From an uncultured bacterium (GTDB lineage: Bacteria; Gemmatimonadota; Gemmatimonadetes; Palauibacterales; Palauibacteraceae), in contig CBDTXM010000002.1 of the NCBI GenBank assembly GCA_965364445.1, positions 1-53,636 on the forward strand: DNA of 53,636 bases, given 5' to 3'. Positions 44,934-53,636 of this stretch are shown one piece after another (positions within the stretch are counted from its first letter, which is position 1; each line of letters starts with the position of its first letter). The notes beneath the pieces were generated by a model, which searched no databases, was not told the origin of the DNA, and worked only from the letters and a program-made list of their open reading frames with translations. The position numbers and the translations under genes were made by a program.

Positions 44934-45398
44934 TTACTTCTTTCGAGCCGCCTTCCGGGGTGAGTGGACCGCCTTCACCCGCTCAACGAACTCATCCGCC
45001 GGGAGATAAGCGATCGCCTCGCCGATCACCGGCAGCGGCAGGTCGTCCAGTTTCCGGAACCGCACGCACGACTTGCCGACGTCGAACCGCTTTCCGGTGG
45101 CCTTGTAGTCGGCCTCGAACTTCGCGCGCGCCGCCTCGTCCATGTAGATGCCGGAGAGGTAGACGGCCATGTGGTTCTTCTGCGAGGCGAGCGCGGCGTA
45201 CGATAGCGGCTGCCCGTTGTAGGTATCGGGATAGGTCGCGAGCGGAACTTCGTACGCGATCATCCCCCAGTTCATCGACTCTTCGTATCCCTGGGGCAGG
45301 TTTTCCAGAATCACCTCGCGAACCCTGGAGATGGCTTCGCGGCGGTCGTCCGGCAGCTCGGCCAGGTACTCCTCGACGGTCTTCGCTTCAGAGCGCAC
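44934..45398 (-). CDS. DUF1801 (YdhG-like) domain protein
   Basis: 154 aa. VEEYLAELPDDRREAISRVREVILENLP...GMIAYEV is typical of DUF1801. Confidence 0.75.
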   Translation of the reverse strand: MRSEAKTVEEYLAELPDDRREAISRVREVILENLPQGYEESMNWGMIAYEVPLATYPDTYNGQPLSYAALASQKNHMAVYLSGIYMDEAARAKFEADYKATGKRFDVGKSCVRFRKLDDLPLPVIGEAIAYLPADEFVERVKAVHSPRKAARKK

Positions 45399-45416
45399 GA
45401 CGTCCTCCGGGTCGAA

Positions 45417-46019
45417 TCAGGGATCGAGAGCGAGCGGGACGGAGAGAGTCTCGCGCCGGGGCGGATAGCAGTATTCCTCGTCACAGGACTGGAACTGAAT
45501 TCGGAGCTCGAGAGGTTCGACGTATGCCGGGCCGGCGCCGCTTGAAGCATCGACCGGATCCTCGGGCAGACGCACTCGAAGCCGGGCGACCGTGGTGTCC
45601 ACGAACGACAGCAGGTCCAGCGGTTCGCTGGTATAACGGACGGTCACCGTCACGGGCTCGGGCCACTCGATCTCCTCGACCTCGACGCCCGCCGGGGCAG
45701 AGGCTACGCGGATCGAAGTGGCGATCGGGTTGAGCCCCTTGAGCTCGGGCGGTACGACCGGTTCGTCGGGCCACGAATGGAAGTGCCGGGCATGAACGAT
45801 CGCGACTCGAACTTCGAGCCGAGCGCCGCTCGATCCGGCGTCGGCGGAGCCGGAAGGTGGCAGTCGCTCGACTCCGGCCAGTCGAACGCGCACGGAATCG
45901 GCGCCTCCGCGCACACCCTGGGCGCAGGCGTCCCGTGCAGCGGTGCCGGCGAACAGCAGGGCCAGGCAGGAGAGAGCCACCCCACGATACGGGCCGCGAC
46001 TGCTTTTCACCCGAAGCAT
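45417..46019 (-). CDS. Secreted protein with DsbD N-terminal-like (thiol-disulfide interchange) domain
   Basis: Trimmed to MLRVKSSRGPYRGVALSCLALLFAG (signal peptide). The C-terminal QSCDEEYCYPP resembles the nDsbD cysteine pair motif. Confidence 0.65.
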   Translation of the reverse strand: MLRVKSSRGPYRGVALSCLALLFAGTAARDACAQGVRGGADSVRVRLAGVERLPPSGSADAGSSGARLEVRVAIVHARHFHSWPDEPVVPPELKGLNPIATSIRVASAPAGVEVEEIEWPEPVTVTVRYTSEPLDLLSFVDTTVARLRVRLPEDPVDASSGAGPAYVEPLELRIQFQSCDEEYCYPPRRETLSVPLALDP

Positions 46020-47740
46020 CAGTTCTCCCGTTCGAAGACGCGGGCCAGCGTTTGTTCCAGCTTCTCGCCCCGCAGGGCCTCGTTCGTCGCGAGGATCGTC
46101 CCGTCGCGCCCGATGAGGATCGCCCGAGGAATGTTTACTACGTCCAGCTCCTCCGCGAGATCGCTCTCCGCGCCGTCCTCCACGTACGTATGCAACCACG
46201 GCATCGGCCAATCTCCTTCGGCGCGGAAGCTCTCGACATCCTCGAGAGCCAGATCGAACGACAGGCTCAGAATCGTGAATCCGTCGTCCCGCCACCGCTC
46301 GTATGCCTCGTGAAGATACGGCATCTCGGTGATGCACGGGCCGCACCACGTGGCCCAGAAGTCGAGCATTACGACCTGCCCCTCGAGTCCGTCCCGGGAC
46401 CAGCTGAGGCCGGGATCCTCCATCGAGCGGACCGTGAAGTCGGGAATCCGATTGCCCGGCTGGATCTTCCTGTCCGGTGCGTACAACGCGGCGGCCCTCT
46501 CGGCCGCCCGGGTGCCGGCGTACTCTCCTGTCAGCCAGGCGTGGTACGCGGCCAGCTCACCCGTTCGATCGGATCCGAGCGCGTCCTCCAGTAGCCAGCC
46601 CAGAGCGGTCGAGCGGACGGACTCGTCGGCCCCGCTTCGCGCCGCGGGTTCCGCGAGCAGGGCCAGGGCGTATTCGCGCGCCCGGTCGGGATCGTCCGAG
46701 GCGCTCAGCGCTTCCGAGAGCCCGCGCGGCTGAGCACGCCATGCCCGCGAGGCGGGCGGGATCTCGTCGAGGGCCTTCCGCGCCGTAGCTCGATCGGTCT
46801 TGATCGGTGCTCCCATGTACGTCGTGAGCATCAGGTCCCTGACGACGGGGTCGGCCTCGACGGCGAGGTTGGACGCCAGCATGGCCGCGTCGGGCGCAGG
46901 ATCGTACTCCTCGTAAATGGTCCGCATCTGCGTCAGGGTCGCTCCGGCCGCGCTGGAGCGAGCCCTGCGCGCGAAGTAGGCATCGACCCTCGCGAACAGA
47001 TCGCGCGAATAGCGTCCGAATCGGCCGGACTCCGAATCCGGGTCCGTGAACGTCACTTCGCCCGCGCCGCTACCGGCGGGGATCCGGCCCGGATCGAGCA
47101 CGACGCGGGCGAACGCACCCGCGGAGTCGATGACCCCCCGATAGCCGCCGGCCCCGTCGTATACGTAACGGTCCGCGTCCGGCAGTTCGATCACCGCGGC
47201 GACCGCGGCTCCCTTCACCTGGACCGCGATCGTGTCGGAGCCCGATGCCACCTCGGCCGCCAGCGATCCATCGTTCCGCGATCTCAGGGGAATCCCACCT
47301 CGATCGGTACGGAAGTCGTTGAAGTCACCGATCAGTTCTGCCTGCCAGGGAAACGGGAGGATCTCGTGTCTCGCGAGCCGCGCCTCGATTTCGATCGCCT
47401 GCTCCGCACCCGAAAGCAGCAGGCCGACGCGCTCACCCCGGTATCCGACACCCGAGAACCAGAGAAGAAAGAGGCCCGTCGTGTCGGCTTCGAGGGTCCA
47501 GTCGCCGTCTGGATCGACGCGGACGGAAGCCAGGATCGCCCCGTCTACGTATCCCTGGAGGTGCACGTGCGATACGTCGATCGGTCGGCCATCGGTAGCC
47601 ACCAGACGCCCGGACAGCTCGGTGCTCGGGGCCCCGAGGGCGACCGACGGCCCCGTGCCCGCGGTCGCGTCCGTCGGCACGCGAAGCGCAGTGCCGACGG
47701 ACGCGGCGAGAAGCGAAACGATGATGAGGAGACCGGACAT
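46019..47740 (-). CDS. Secreted TlpA/ResA-type thioredoxin-fold oxidoreductase with ~400-aa N-terminal extension
   Basis: Signal peptide MSGLLIIVSLLAASVG. The C-terminal thioredoxin fold is VVMLDFWATWCGPCITEMP. Confidence 0.85.
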   Translation of the reverse strand: MSGLLIIVSLLAASVGTALRVPTDATAGTGPSVALGAPSTELSGRLVATDGRPIDVSHVHLQGYVDGAILASVRVDPDGDWTLEADTTGLFLLWFSGVGYRGERVGLLLSGAEQAIEIEARLARHEILPFPWQAELIGDFNDFRTDRGGIPLRSRNDGSLAAEVASGSDTIAVQVKGAAVAAVIELPDADRYVYDGAGGYRGVIDSAGAFARVVLDPGRIPAGSGAGEVTFTDPDSESGRFGRYSRDLFARVDAYFARRARSSAAGATLTQMRTIYEEYDPAPDAAMLASNLAVEADPVVRDLMLTTYMGAPIKTDRATARKALDEIPPASRAWRAQPRGLSEALSASDDPDRAREYALALLAEPAARSGADESVRSTALGWLLEDALGSDRTGELAAYHAWLTGEYAGTRAAERAAALYAPDRKIQPGNRIPDFTVRSMEDPGLSWSRDGLEGQVVMLDFWATWCGPCITEMPYLHEAYERWRDDGFTILSLSFDLALEDVESFRAEGDWPMPWLHTYVEDGAESDLAEELDVVNIPRAILIGRDGTILATNEALRGEKLEQTLARVFEREN

Positions 47741-48693
47741 CAGTCCTGAAGCGGAATCCGGTCGGCGTTGGCCTCCAGCCAGTCAGCGAACGACTGCAAG
47801 CTCGGATTCAGCGAACGGGCGATGTCGGGATCACGGGGTCCGCAGAACGCCTCCTGGAAGTCGCGCTTGAACTGGAACATGTTCCCGAGATCCTCGGCCC
47901 CCGGAAAGCCGAAGCCCCGGTAGGCTTCCGGTTCTACGGAGTTGTAGACGACCTCCATCCCCTTGGCGCGACCGATCGCGGCAGCCATTTCCGCACCGGT
48001 CAGGTGCTCGCCCGAGATCGCGACCGTCTCCCCGATCAGCTCATCGCCTCGCTTGAATATGCCGTACGCGGAGCGTCCGATGTCATCGACCGCGATGCCC
48101 GGGAGCTTGCCATCTCCCATCGGCAGCGTGATGCCGTACCGGCCATCGGGTCCTCGGGCGGGTCCCATGCCGAAGTGAATGAGATTGTCCCAGTAGAAGG
48201 AGGTGAGGAGGAACGTGGTCGGCACTCCTTCGCGCCGGAAGATCTCGTCGGCCGCGCCCTTCGCGTCGAAGTGAGGCACCTTGTACGACCCCATCAGGGT
48301 CGGCATCCGGTCGTCGTCGAGCGGCACCCAGTTCCGCGTGTCCTCGAGGGTGGACCAGATCACGTGCTTCAACCCGGCCTTCTTCGCGGCGCGGGCCAGG
48401 TTCGCGGCCTGCTCGGTCTCCTTCTCGGGCGAGAAGTGCTCCCAGAAGTTGGTGACGAAGAACGCGCCATGGGCGCCATTGAGCGCCTCGACGAGACTCG
48501 CTTCATCATCCAGGTCGGCGGCCACGACTTCCGCCCCTGCGGCGGCCAGCGCTTTCGCCTTGTCGGAGTCCGGATTCCGGGTGAGCGCCCGGACCGAGAA
48601 CCCGCCAGCGGGATCGTCGAGGATCGCCCTGACCAGTCCGCCACCCTGCGCCCCGGTCGCTCCGACCACCGCGATGATCTTGTTGTCCGACAT
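47740..48693 (-). CDS. NmrA-family NAD(P)-binding protein
   Basis: IAVVGATGAQGGGLVRAIL ... VRALTRNPDSDKAKALAAAGAEVVAADLDD is typical of NmrA/HSCARG-like SDRs. Confidence 0.9.
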   Translation of the reverse strand: MSDNKIIAVVGATGAQGGGLVRAILDDPAGGFSVRALTRNPDSDKAKALAAAGAEVVAADLDDEASLVEALNGAHGAFFVTNFWEHFSPEKETEQAANLARAAKKAGLKHVIWSTLEDTRNWVPLDDDRMPTLMGSYKVPHFDAKGAADEIFRREGVPTTFLLTSFYWDNLIHFGMGPARGPDGRYGITLPMGDGKLPGIAVDDIGRSAYGIFKRGDELIGETVAISGEHLTGAEMAAAIGRAKGMEVVYNSVEPEAYRGFGFPGAEDLGNMFQFKRDFQEAFCGPRDPDIARSLNPSLQSFADWLEANADRIPLQD

Positions 48694-48885
48694 ATGCTCC
48701 TCCGGGATCAGTCGTTCACTCTTCTGAAACCCGGGGTGATGCGACGGGCCGCGTTCGCTCCCCGGTTCCGGCCTCGGTAGCTGAGTGAACCCGGAACACG
48801 GACCCCGGTTCCGGGGGCCGATCTCCGGACGTACGTTGAATGTGACGCAAACGTCCGACGATCAACCGGGAGCAGGGAGGACAGC

Positions 48886-49338
48886 CTGGGCACGAAGAGC
48901 CTGTATTCCGATGACGTCTACCACGAGTGCCTGGAGCGGATCGATCGCCTCTCGGCCGATTCGGCGCCGGTCTGGGGCACCATGACCGCCGCGCAGATGC
49001 TGGCGCACTGTGCGGAGGTCCAGGAGGTGGGGAACGGAAGCCGGAAGCTCGAGGGAACGCCATTCCTGGTCCGGCTGTTCGGGCCTTTGATCCGGCGGAT
49101 GGTCGTGAGCGAGAAGCCGTATCCGCGGGAGGCGCGGACGCATCCCCAGTACGAGCAGCGCGAGCCTCGTGACTTCGAGCGGGAGAAGACGCGCCTGCTC
49201 GGCCTGCTGGCCGCCTTCCGGACCACGGAGCAGGAGTCGCCGGCCCGCCACCCGATCTTCGGCGTGCTCAGCCGCGAGGAGCGGGGCTGGGCCGCCTACA
49301 AACACCTCGACCACCACCTGCGGCAGTTCGGCGTCTAG
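48886..49338 (+). CDS. DUF1569 (DinB-like) protein; start codon uncertain
   Basis: The C-terminus HPIFGVLSREERGWAAYKHLDHHLRQFGV is the DUF1569 signature. The ORF track starts at ATG 48982, but the frame is open from 48781 and encodes family-like N-terminal residues (SLYSDDVYHECLERIDRLSADSAPVWGTM). CTG at 48886 is preceded by GGGAGG with a 5-nt spacer. Confidence 0.7.
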   Translation: MGTKSLYSDDVYHECLERIDRLSADSAPVWGTMTAAQMLAHCAEVQEVGNGSRKLEGTPFLVRLFGPLIRRMVVSEKPYPREARTHPQYEQREPRDFEREKTRLLGLLAAFRTTEQESPARHPIFGVLSREERGWAAYKHLDHHLRQFGV

Positions 49339-50891
49339 TCTTCTTCCCTCTCCCAGAGCTCCTGGAGAGTGGTGGCGGGCTCATTGCAGAAGACGATCGG
49401 AACGTCCCGTTCCTCGGGGACGCCCCAGCGGTTCTCCACGCGCGTCGCGAGCTCGATCCGGCCACAGAGAGCGGAGTCCAGCTCGTCGGGCTCGACGCCC
49501 AGCAGCACGATCGGATCGCCGGGCCGGTCGCCCGGTCCGAAGAAGTACCAGCTCCCGGCGAGGCTGACGACCGGAGGCAGGCCGAGCCGGCGGCCGTACA
49601 GATCCAGCGCTCCCGCCTGCCCGTAGTTCGCGCCGTACAGGACCGCCCCGTGTCGAACGAGCGAGGGCTCCTGAACGAAAAGCATGCTCGCTACGGCCTC
49701 GGCCTTTTCCTCCCAGCCCAGCATGTCGGCGTAATCCTGCGGCAGCTCGAGTTGTGCACCCCAGTTGGTCTTCGTTCCCGCGGTGATTCCGGTCATGGCC
49801 GCGTACTCGGCCATCGGCTGCGGCGGCAGGATCGGGAGGCCGAAGGGTAGGATGAACAGTCCCCACCCCGTGACCGCAGCCACGAGACCCCAGGTCAGAA
49901 GCATCCGAAGGCGCTCGCGTGCGATGCGTTCCAGCGCGACGGCTCCCGCGGCGTACAGGAGGGGATGAATCGGACCCGTGTAGTACGACTTCCCTTTCAG
50001 CGCTGCGAACAGGACGAGACCGGCGAGGGCCGCCCAGCCAAGGAGCCGGTACGGCCGCATGTCCTTTCGGAACAGGAGCGCGGCGAGGCCGCCCCACGCC
50101 AGCAGGATCTGCGGGCCCCAGATCGCTTGCTCGAACAGATGCTCGCCGAGGGTGATCCGGTTGAGCTGGCCCTCCCGCAGTCCCGACATCTGCTCGACGA
50201 CCGGAAAGCCGAGACGAATCTGACCCATGATGCTGGGACTTCCGATCACGAGTGCAATCGCCAGCGCGATCCACGGCCACGGCCCGACCAGTGCCCGCCG
50301 CCGGTCGCTGACCAGCAGCGCCGCAAGCACGGCGAGCCCGAAGAACAGGATCGAGAACTTGCTGAGCAGTCCGAGTCCGGCCGCGACTCCGAGCACGATC
50401 CACCAGCGCGAATCCTCGGTGTTGATCAGGCGGAGCAGGGCCCAGAAGCCGAGCAGCCACCAGAGCTGGTCGATCACGACCGGCTGGAAGAGCGAGGCCG
50501 TGCGCAGGAAGAGGGGATTCAGGAGGACGGCGAAGGCGGTCAGCAGCTGCGCCCGCTTCGCGCCTCCGAGCTCCCGGGTGATGAGGATGGCCAGGAGCAT
50601 CACCACCGCCCCGAACAGGGCAGGGGTGATCCGGTAGCTCGCGACCGTTACTCCGACCGTGTTTCGCAGCGCCTCCGAGAGCAGCGCGATGAACGGGGGA
50701 AAGTCCATCCCGAACAGCTTCAGGTGGGTGCCCATCGAGAAGTAAAGGAGCTCGTCGCGGTGGAACTCGTAGGGCGTGGCAAAGGCCGTCACGAGGTGGG
50801 CGGCGAGCTTGACGCCGATCAGCCACAGCGCCGCCGCCGCGACCGGCGTCCGGTCGGCCGATCCGACCGGGGTCATCCTGGAAACCGGCAT
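49335..50891 (-). CDS. Glycosyltransferase family 39 / ArnT-like (PMT_2) membrane protein
   Basis: 518 aa, polytopic. It has an N-terminal loop with the acidic HRDELLYF motif and many TM helices. Confidence 0.85.
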   Translation of the reverse strand: MPVSRMTPVGSADRTPVAAAALWLIGVKLAAHLVTAFATPYEFHRDELLYFSMGTHLKLFGMDFPPFIALLSEALRNTVGVTVASYRITPALFGAVVMLLAILITRELGGAKRAQLLTAFAVLLNPLFLRTASLFQPVVIDQLWWLLGFWALLRLINTEDSRWWIVLGVAAGLGLLSKFSILFFGLAVLAALLVSDRRRALVGPWPWIALAIALVIGSPSIMGQIRLGFPVVEQMSGLREGQLNRITLGEHLFEQAIWGPQILLAWGGLAALLFRKDMRPYRLLGWAALAGLVLFAALKGKSYYTGPIHPLLYAAGAVALERIARERLRMLLTWGLVAAVTGWGLFILPFGLPILPPQPMAEYAAMTGITAGTKTNWGAQLELPQDYADMLGWEEKAEAVASMLFVQEPSLVRHGAVLYGANYGQAGALDLYGRRLGLPPVVSLAGSWYFFGPGDRPGDPIVLLGVEPDELDSALCGRIELATRVENRWGVPEERDVPIVFCNEPATTLQELWEREED

Positions 50892-51124
50892 CAGATGACC
50901 ATTCCGACCATCGTTCCGAGCGCCAGGATCAGGAAGAGAACAATCAACGGGACGAGCGCCATCAGCACCCTGCGGATCGTTCTCTTCTGGTACTCGATCG
51001 CGTCCCTCTGAGCCTCGATCGACTCGGCCTGGTTGCGCAGCGCCTCTTCGTATCTCTCGAGATGGATACGCTGCAGGTCCCGGATCTCGGTCAGCAACTC
51101 CAGCGTGCGTTCCTCGCCTGTCAT
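50891..51124 (-). CDS. Small C-terminally anchored membrane protein (77 aa), hypothetical
   Basis: Trimmed to MTGEERTLELLTEIRDLQRIHLERYEEALRNQAESIEAQRDAIEYQKRTIRRVLMALVPLIVLFLILALGTMVGMVI. Its stop shares one nucleotide with the GT39 start. Confidence 0.5.
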   Translation of the reverse strand: MTGEERTLELLTEIRDLQRIHLERYEEALRNQAESIEAQRDAIEYQKRTIRRVLMALVPLIVLFLILALGTMVGMVI

Positions 51125-51289
51125 GCTCTCCTCCTCGGCCAGCGGCGACCGTGCCGGCTGCGCTCTCCGGCCGGGCTCGTCCGATGTCTCAGACCTTACT
51201 CGCTTTTCGCACATCGATGTAGTGTGGACAATTGAGCGGTCCGGTCGCCGGGATGCGACGGGACCCGGGTCAGGTCAGGAGAAGAGAAG

Positions 51290-52948
51290 ATGAGAAGAAG
51301 GTTGCTGGTCCCCGGAGTCATCCTCGCGACCGCGCTCGCAACGCAGGGCTGCGAGCGAGGCGAAGCGCAGGACGGAGCTACCCGAGCCGCCGCCGACTCC
51401 GTACCGCTATACGACAATCTCGGTGACTATCATCGATCGGTGAATACCGAGATGGATCGCGCCCAGGCCTACTTCGACCAGGGCCTCCGGCTGCAATACG
51501 CCTTCAATCACGCCGAGGCGATCCGCTCGTACGAGGAGGCGATCCGGCTCGATCCCGGGTGTGCCATGTGCTGGTGGGGGATCGCGCTCGCACGGGGCCC
51601 CAACATCAACGCACCGATGGATTCGGCGTCGGGGGCCCTGGCAGTCGCATCGATTCGAGAGGCGCAGAGGCTGGCGGATTCCGGACCTGCGGCCGAGCGC
51701 GCCCTGATCGAAGCGCTCGCGAAGCGATACGCGGAGGACCCGACGGCCGATCGAGCGCCGCTGGACTCGGCGTATGCGAATGCGATGGGCATCGTCGCCC
51801 AGAGCTTTCCGAGCGATCCCGACGCTCTGACGCTGTACGCCGCCTCGCTGATGAATCTGAGCCCGTGGTTCTACTGGACGGGAGACTACGCGAACCGGGA
51901 GCCGCGTCCCGCCACGCCGACCATGCTGGAGAACCTGGAGAAAGCCCTGTCGCTGAATCCTGAGCACCCGGGAGCCTGCCACTACTACATCCACTCGGTA
52001 GAGGCAGCCTACCCCGAGAAAGCCGTGGAATGCGCCGAGCGGCTCGCCGGACTGATGCCCGGGGCCGGTCACATCGTCCACATGCCGGGGCATATCTACA
52101 TACGGGTCGGTCGGTACGCCGATGCCGTGGAGCAGAACGAGCACGCGGTGCACGCCGATGAGACGTACATCCAGGATCAGAATCCGCGCGGCCTCTACCC
52201 GGCCGGCTATTACCCTCACAACTACCACTTCATGTGGTTCGCGGCGACGATGGCCGGGATGAGCGAGAAGGCGATGTACGCCGCTCGCGTGGTCGCACCG
52301 AAGGTGCCGCTGGAGGTCGCCCGAGAGATCTACTGGATTCAGAACGTGCTGATCCTCCCGATGCTGACTTCTGCCACGTTCGGCGACTGGGAGAGCGTTC
52401 TTGCCGCGCCAATGCCCTCTGCCGATCTCGACAACGCCACGGCGATGGCCCATTACGCTCGAGGCACGGCCCTGGCCGCCACGGGCCGCGCCTCGGAGGC
52501 GGAGTCGGAGTTGCAGGCGATCCACGAGATCGCCTCCCGAATCGGTGCGACGGACGAGAGCGAGGGTCCGGAGATCGTCGTCGCGATCGCGTCACACGCC
52601 CTCGCGGGAGAGATCGCCCTTCGGACGGGCGATGCCGGGGCCGCAGCCGGGCACCTCGCGGTGGCCGCGCGGCTGGAGGACGGGATGGTCTACGAGGAGC
52701 CTCCCGTCTGGTATCTGCCGATCCGCCACACGCTGGGCCGCGCTCTGCTCGAGGCGGACCGACCCGCGGAAGCGGAGTCCGTCTACCGGGAGGACCTGGT
52801 CCGGTTTCCGGCCAACGGGTGGTCGCTCGCCGGCCTGGCCATGGCTCTCGACGCGCAGGGCCGTCATGACGAGGCGACGAAGGTTCGCACCGAATTCTCG
52901 GCAGCGTGGCGGGACGCGGACGTGGACCTGGAGGGCTCGCGGTTCTGA
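51290..52948 (+). CDS. TPR-repeat lipoprotein, hypothetical
   Basis: Lipobox LATALATQGC. Helical TPR-like repeats throughout (AQAYFDQGLRLQYAFNHAEAIRSYEEAIRLDP...). Confidence 0.7.
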   Translation: MRRRLLVPGVILATALATQGCERGEAQDGATRAAADSVPLYDNLGDYHRSVNTEMDRAQAYFDQGLRLQYAFNHAEAIRSYEEAIRLDPGCAMCWWGIALARGPNINAPMDSASGALAVASIREAQRLADSGPAAERALIEALAKRYAEDPTADRAPLDSAYANAMGIVAQSFPSDPDALTLYAASLMNLSPWFYWTGDYANREPRPATPTMLENLEKALSLNPEHPGACHYYIHSVEAAYPEKAVECAERLAGLMPGAGHIVHMPGHIYIRVGRYADAVEQNEHAVHADETYIQDQNPRGLYPAGYYPHNYHFMWFAATMAGMSEKAMYAARVVAPKVPLEVAREIYWIQNVLILPMLTSATFGDWESVLAAPMPSADLDNATAMAHYARGTALAATGRASEAESELQAIHEIASRIGATDESEGPEIVVAIASHALAGEIALRTGDAGAAAGHLAVAARLEDGMVYEEPPVWYLPIRHTLGRALLEADRPAEAESVYREDLVRFPANGWSLAGLAMALDAQGRHDEATKVRTEFSAAWRDADVDLEGSRF

Positions 52949-53076
52949 GTCGATATCCCTATTCATGGGCGAAGCAAACGAGAAGCGAGCGCAGCAGGGC
53001 GCGCAGCCAGTGAGTGATCGAGACGTTCTTCCGTAACGGCTCGACCAGAAGATCTGAATCAGAAAGGACGAGGTGC

Positions 53077-53430
53077 GTGGACCTGAAGATATCCGGACGA
53101 GTGGTGGAGATCCTCGAAGAGCAGTCGGGAGAGGGCAAGAACGGTCCCTGGAGGAAACGGGAGTTCATCCTCGAGACGGAAGGAAACTACCCCGCCAAAG
53201 TCTGCCTCGTGCAATGGGGCGACGAGATCGACAAGGCCGCCCTCGAGGAAGGTGAGCGACTCACGGCCCATATCGACATCCGGAGCCGGGAGTACAACGG
53301 CCGATGGTACACGGATGTGAAGGCCTGGCGGCTGGAGAAGGAGCAGGCGTCGGACGGGAGTGGAGAGTCTGCCGTGGCCGCGCCGGAGTACGAGGTGCCT
53401 CCGCCCGGCGACGATGACATGCCGTTCTGA
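53077..53430 (+). CDS. DUF3127 domain protein
   Basis: GTG at 53077 with AAAGGACGAGG upstream. VDLKISGRVVEILEEQSGEGKNGPWRKREFILET...SREYNGRWYTDVKAWRL is the DUF3127 pattern. Confidence 0.8.
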   Translation: MDLKISGRVVEILEEQSGEGKNGPWRKREFILETEGNYPAKVCLVQWGDEIDKAALEEGERLTAHIDIRSREYNGRWYTDVKAWRLEKEQASDGSGESAVAAPEYEVPPPGDDDMPF

Positions 53431-53636
53431 GTTCGCCGACACATACGCGACGGAATCGGGGACTTTCTCGGCCATCCTCGAATCGTTCACGAATCGAGGA
53501 GTTGACAGCTCCACGATCCCGTCCCAAACGCCCGGCCGCCTGGCCGGACGGGAACGACTGCACGCTGAAGGCTGTCTGCCGACCGGCCTCCAGCGCCTGC
53601 GCTGCCAGCGGTCGGGCGGGAGTCAGCGCCGGCAGC

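Noticed and set aside
53431-53636. Right-edge 200 nt with coding-like G/C periodicity on the minus strand (…LPALTPARPLAAQALEAGRQTAFSVQSF…)
   Set aside because: That frame has no stop until it overlaps the DUF3127 gene by ~170 nt, and plus-strand frames lack a start codon. It may be the 3' end of a gene entering from the right or may contain a frameshift. I left it unannotated.
1-53636. Scan for CRISPR repeats, tRNA/rRNA genes, transposases, integrases, phage genes, reverse transcriptases and known defence-system genes
   Set aside because: I recognised none. Intergenic gaps are short (the largest is about 470 bp) and contain no tandem repeat arrays. The patatin and PIN proteins lack the partners expected for CBASS-like or other multi-gene defence systems.

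Overview
Very GC-rich bacterial chromosomal window covering the replication-origin neighbourhood. The minus strand carries rpmH-rnpA-yidD-yidC-mnmE, with dnaA-dnaN divergent on the plus strand (38.0-41.2 kb). mnmG-parA-parB with two parS palindromes lies about 7-9 kb to the left. The rest is mostly housekeeping and envelope genes: a 2-oxoacid dehydrogenase E1alpha/E1beta/E2 operon, ygfZ, an aconitase-family dehydratase, a Cys/Met PLP enzyme, NhaC and CaCA antiporters, redox proteins, a GT39 glycosyltransferase and several DUF proteins. I saw no rRNA, tRNA, CRISPR array, transposase or integrase, and no clear defence island. Four loci deserve a second look. (1) A tightly packed nine-gene minus-strand lipid/envelope cluster at 1-8439. 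It holds a serine-palmitoyltransferase-like synthase, a GNAT-fold acyltransferase, an SDR and a PAP2 enzyme (candidate sphingolipid pathway), followed by an ECF sigma / anti-sigma / tandem-PDZ module and a LuxE/LuxC-like pair. (2) A parA-parB-M23 peptidase-bactofilin operon. (3) An HlyD adaptor + ABC ATPase + NtrC-type regulator + kinase operon with no permease gene, preceded by an exact sigma-54 promoter consensus. (4) An isolated perfect DnaA box next to a strikingly AT-rich tract 10 kb from dnaA. Family assignments come from motifs recognised by eye and from memory, with no searches run. Many start codons were re-chosen from the ORF track, which reports the longest possible ORF. Many long Arg/Gly/Pro-rich ORFs in the track are antisense shadows typical of high-GC DNA and were rejected. 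The last ~200 nt (53431-53636) could not be resolved.
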